A DNA stretch of 64,000 nucleotides, taken from an uncultured Clostridium sp. GTDB lineage: Bacteria; Bacillota; Clostridia; Lachnospirales; Lachnospiraceae. The notes below the pieces were generated by a model, which saw only the letters and a program-made list of their open reading frames with translations, was not told the origin of the DNA and did no database searches. A program made the translations under genes and the position numbers. Shown piece by piece: positions 61,213 through 64,000 of the stretch; the first letter of the stretch is position 1, and each line of letters opens with the position of its first letter. Location of the stretch: positions 4,839 to 68,838 of the forward strand of contig URNT01000011.1 in assembly GCA_900549235.1 (NCBI GenBank). Reading direction: 5' to 3'.

Positions 61213-61869
61213 TCAGTCCTCCCCGTTCTCCTCCTGGATCAGACCTGCATAGCCGCCTCCCAGAGCTAAAAGCCCCTTTGCCAGGAAGCCTGCCATCATA
61301 ACAGCCCCTTCATATTTTAAATGGGTGTTGTCCTTGGGCCATACAAACAGAGGACGGCTCCAAAGTTCTCCCACTCCCTCCAGGTATGCTTCCGTCACCG
61401 AAGTCAGGTCGATCACCGGAACACCGGCCTTTTTTGCGGCCTCCTTCATGGCTTCCGGATAGGCCCCGTGGCTTCCTGGGACAAAAACTCCCTTTTCGTC
61501 GAAATTCCTTCTGGCAATCGGGGTGATAAATACAGCATGGGCACCGTGGTCTGCGGCTGTCCTTGCAAAGGTGAGGAGATTCTCCTGGAAATCTGTATCC
61601 GGGCAGGTGTGGCGGGCCGGATCGTCCTTAGCGTCATTGTGGCCGAACTGGACAAACAGGTAATCTCCCTCCTGAAGTTCCTTCTCGATGGCGGCCAGAC
61701 GGCCCTCCGCGATAAAGGACTTGGTGCTCCTTCCATTTTTTGCGAAGCTTTTGATCTCTACGCCCTCTTTTACATACAGGCTCAGTCCCTGGCTCATACC
61801 GGTCTGAGGATAAGAATTGATTTTATTAAATGCGACTGTGCTGTCTCCAGCATATAAGATTCTTGCCAT
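61213..61869 (-). CDS. Rhamnogalacturonan acetylesterase-like SGNH hydrolase (CE12)
   Basis: GDST, GRST, QFGHND, DNTH. Confidence 0.88.
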   Translation of the reverse strand: MARILYAGDSTVAFNKINSYPQTGMSQGLSLYVKEGVEIKSFAKNGRSTKSFIAEGRLAAIEKELQEGDYLFVQFGHNDAKDDPARHTCPDTDFQENLLTFARTAADHGAHAVFITPIARRNFDEKGVFVPGSHGAYPEAMKEAAKKAGVPVIDLTSVTEAYLEGVGELWSRPLFVWPKDNTHLKYEGAVMMAGFLAKGLLALGGGYAGLIQEENGED

Positions 61870-63616
61870 TATTATATACTCCCGTCATGGCGCCTGTAAA
61901 GCGCTTTCCTTTTTTTAGTCCTTCGGAACAGAGGCAGGTTACCTGATCCAGTGCAGCAAACAGGGTGTCATTTAAGTAAAACTCCCTTACCAGTCCCCTG
62001 GTTTCTACTCTCAGGCCCACCGAACCGCCTGCTGTGCCGGCCGGCCCCTCTGTTACCCGTGTGTATTGATCGTCAATATATTCCATTACATAGGCCCGTT
62101 CCCCTGAAATACCAAATTTAATATAGGTATTTTCATCATAATACAGGGTCATGCCTGCATCCTCAAAGCCGTCCCCCTCCAGCGCCTCCATCTCAAAGCT
62201 GTCGGTAAAGGAAAATGCCGGCTGGCGCTTTAAAAGAAGGCTCCTGCAGTCCGGATCCTTAAGATCCAGTCCCTGGCCACGGATCAGCAGCCTTCCATCC
62301 GCCTCCGTCCTTATAAGAGAGGGCTCGATGGTGCGGGGACAGAGCCAGCCTCCGTAAGGAAGACTTTCCTCCTGCTCGCCTGCTGCCATCTTCTCCGGAA
62401 ATGGCAGAGGTGCCATATAGGAGGGCCCCCTGCGCCGGTTCACCAGAGGCCAGCCGTCAGCCGTCCAGGTAATCTCATCCAGACAGGTCTCCCTGCCTAA
62501 AAATCCCCAGGCCCCGTCATAGAGACGGGAAGCCAGATAGACCATATACCAGCGTCCATCCGGTGTGCTTACCGGCTTTCCATGGCCGCAGCACTGAATG
62601 GCTCCGGCAGAATCCTTCTGGGTCATAATAGGATTGTAGGGGCAGTCCTCATAAGGCCCTCTTAAGTTTCTGGAACGGGCCACCGTAATCTTATGGCCTA
62701 TGCCGGTGCCCCCTTCCGCCAGAAAGCAATAATACCAGCCGTCTTTTTTAAGAAGATGGGGCCCTTCGGGCCCATGCTTATCCCAGCCGTACCAGATCAG
62801 CTCCGGCTCCGATAAGCAGGTTTTCCCGTCAGGAGAAATTTCCATGAGCCTGGCCCCACGATTTAAGAGCATATAGGTTTTCCCATCATCATCATGGAAA
62901 ATAGACGGGTCAATGCCCCGGACCGGATGAAGAACCGGCTCCTCATAGGGCCCCTCCGGCTTTCTCGACCGGGTTACCATCTGAAGCTGGATACAGGGGG
63001 CGTCATCATTTAACCGGAGGGTGGCGCAGACGGTAAACCAGCCGTCATGGTAGCTGATGTCCGGGGCCCAGAAGCCTCTGCCTCCGGATAAGGGGCCCAG
63101 ATGCTCCCTGGCCCAGTTCGGATCAGTCATCACATAGCCGATCACCTTCCAGTGTACCAGATCCCTGGAATGGGACACCGGGATTCCTGGAAAGTAGATA
63201 AAACTGGAGTTGACCATATAGTAGTCCTCTCCCACCCGGACGATACTGGGATCCGGATACATCCCCCGCAGTATCGGATTCCGGTAGCAGGACTCATAGG
63301 AAAAGCCGCATACCTGCTCAAAATATTCCTCCAGCCGGCGGCCCTTTTCTCCCATGCTGCGGACAAGGTCAAAGGGGGTGATCAGTTCCTTGTTGGCCCA
63401 GGCCGGATCCAGACCACACCGTTCCACCAGGAAACGTACCAGCTCTGTATTGCCGCTGTGAACCGCGTAGTGGAGAAGGCTGTTTCCCTCCTGATCGCAG
63501 GTTTCCATATGGAAGGAATAATCAGCCAGAACCTTTATCCTTGGCAGATCCCCTTCCAGAGCCGCCTGGAAGGCTTCCTCAGCTATTTCTTTTGTGGCGG
63601 ATGTGAATGAAATCAT
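61826..63616 (-). CDS. Ankyrin-repeat / GH43 glycoside hydrolase fusion
   Basis: GNSLLHYAVHSGNTELVRFLVE ankyrin repeat; NPILRGMYPDPS, WAPD, IDP, EGPH; start set at MISFT. Confidence 0.88.
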   Translation of the reverse strand: MISFTSATKEIAEEAFQAALEGDLPRIKVLADYSFHMETCDQEGNSLLHYAVHSGNTELVRFLVERCGLDPAWANKELITPFDLVRSMGEKGRRLEEYFEQVCGFSYESCYRNPILRGMYPDPSIVRVGEDYYMVNSSFIYFPGIPVSHSRDLVHWKVIGYVMTDPNWAREHLGPLSGGRGFWAPDISYHDGWFTVCATLRLNDDAPCIQLQMVTRSRKPEGPYEEPVLHPVRGIDPSIFHDDDGKTYMLLNRGARLMEISPDGKTCLSEPELIWYGWDKHGPEGPHLLKKDGWYYCFLAEGGTGIGHKITVARSRNLRGPYEDCPYNPIMTQKDSAGAIQCCGHGKPVSTPDGRWYMVYLASRLYDGAWGFLGRETCLDEITWTADGWPLVNRRRGPSYMAPLPFPEKMAAGEQEESLPYGGWLCPRTIEPSLIRTEADGRLLIRGQGLDLKDPDCRSLLLKRQPAFSFTDSFEMEALEGDGFEDAGMTLYYDENTYIKFGISGERAYVMEYIDDQYTRVTEGPAGTAGGSVGLRVETRGLVREFYLNDTLFAALDQVTCLCSEGLKKGKRFTGAMTGVYNNGKNLICWRQHSRI

Positions 63617-64000
63617 ATTCCCCCCAGCCTCCTGTTTCCAGATTTTTACGGTTGGATGCCCACAGGCACAGCTTAGCGCCGGTCCAGGTTCCCTTTGACA
63701 GAGAAAAGCTCCTGTCCGCGCTTTCATACAGAAGGCCGTCCCTGGAAAAATAGAAGCGGTATGTCTTATCTTCCTCAAGTACCATACGGAGCCAGAGAAC
63801 ATTTCCCTCCCATAATATAGAAGAAACAAGTCCCTCCGCCGCCTCTCCCTCAAATTCCTTTCCTGTTACAAGCCCTTCATAAAGCCTGAGCCAGGTCTGC
63901 CCCTCTGCTCTTTCCAGGCCCATAAAGGCATACCGGTGACCTGTCATGCCAAGAACCGCCATTTCTCCTTCTGAGGGGCCCTCCGGGCCTGTAAGCTCCA
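63579..64000 (-). CDS. C-terminal beta-sandwich part of a probable GH43 enzyme (5' end outside window)
   Basis: YRFYFSRDG...GTWTGAKLCL...YDFIH; frame open to the window edge. Confidence 0.65.
   Translation of the reverse strand, partial: ELTGPEGPSEGEMAVLGMTGHRYAFMGLERAEGQTWLRLYEGLVTGKEFEGEAAEGLVSSILWEGNVLWLRMVLEEDKTYRFYFSRDGLLYESADRSFSLSKGTWTGAKLCLWASNRKNLETGGWGEYDFIHIRHKRNS

Noticed and set aside
61826..61869. Frameshift at the GH43 3' end
   Set aside because: The overlap contains a proper GGAG RBS for the next gene, consistent with natural translational coupling
1..64000. CRISPR array, rRNA, retron or DGR components
   Set aside because: No regularly spaced repeats, rRNA sequence, cas genes or reverse transcriptase motifs were seen by eye

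Overview
This window looks like the chromosome of a Lachnospiraceae-like (Clostridia) gut anaerobe. Bases 1-5830 are the AT-richer end of a prophage-like element, with all genes on the minus strand: a partial HUH-type Rep with a candidate nick site and antisense RNA, an SSB, several small phage ORFs, a tRNA(CAU), a PAPS-reductase-family gene and a stand-alone IS30-type HTH. The element ends in a 27-bp sequence resembling an IS30-family terminal inverted repeat. The remainder is host DNA: upp, topB, galM, asd, a ParE/ParC-like type II topoisomerase pair, a 5'-3' exonuclease, fbp, four tRNAs, copA-csoR-copZ, polC, pyrH-frr-uppS-cdsA-dxr-rseP-ispG, two GGDEF-EAL genes, a feoA-feoB fusion and the end of a plant-glycan locus. 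The most notable host feature is an 11-gene nucleoside-scavenging operon (Crp regulator, nucleotidase, udp, nucleoside ABC transporter, deoC, cdd) that contains the uncharacterised YjjI/YjjW glycyl-radical enzyme pair. All calls come from motif recognition by eye; no database searches were run.
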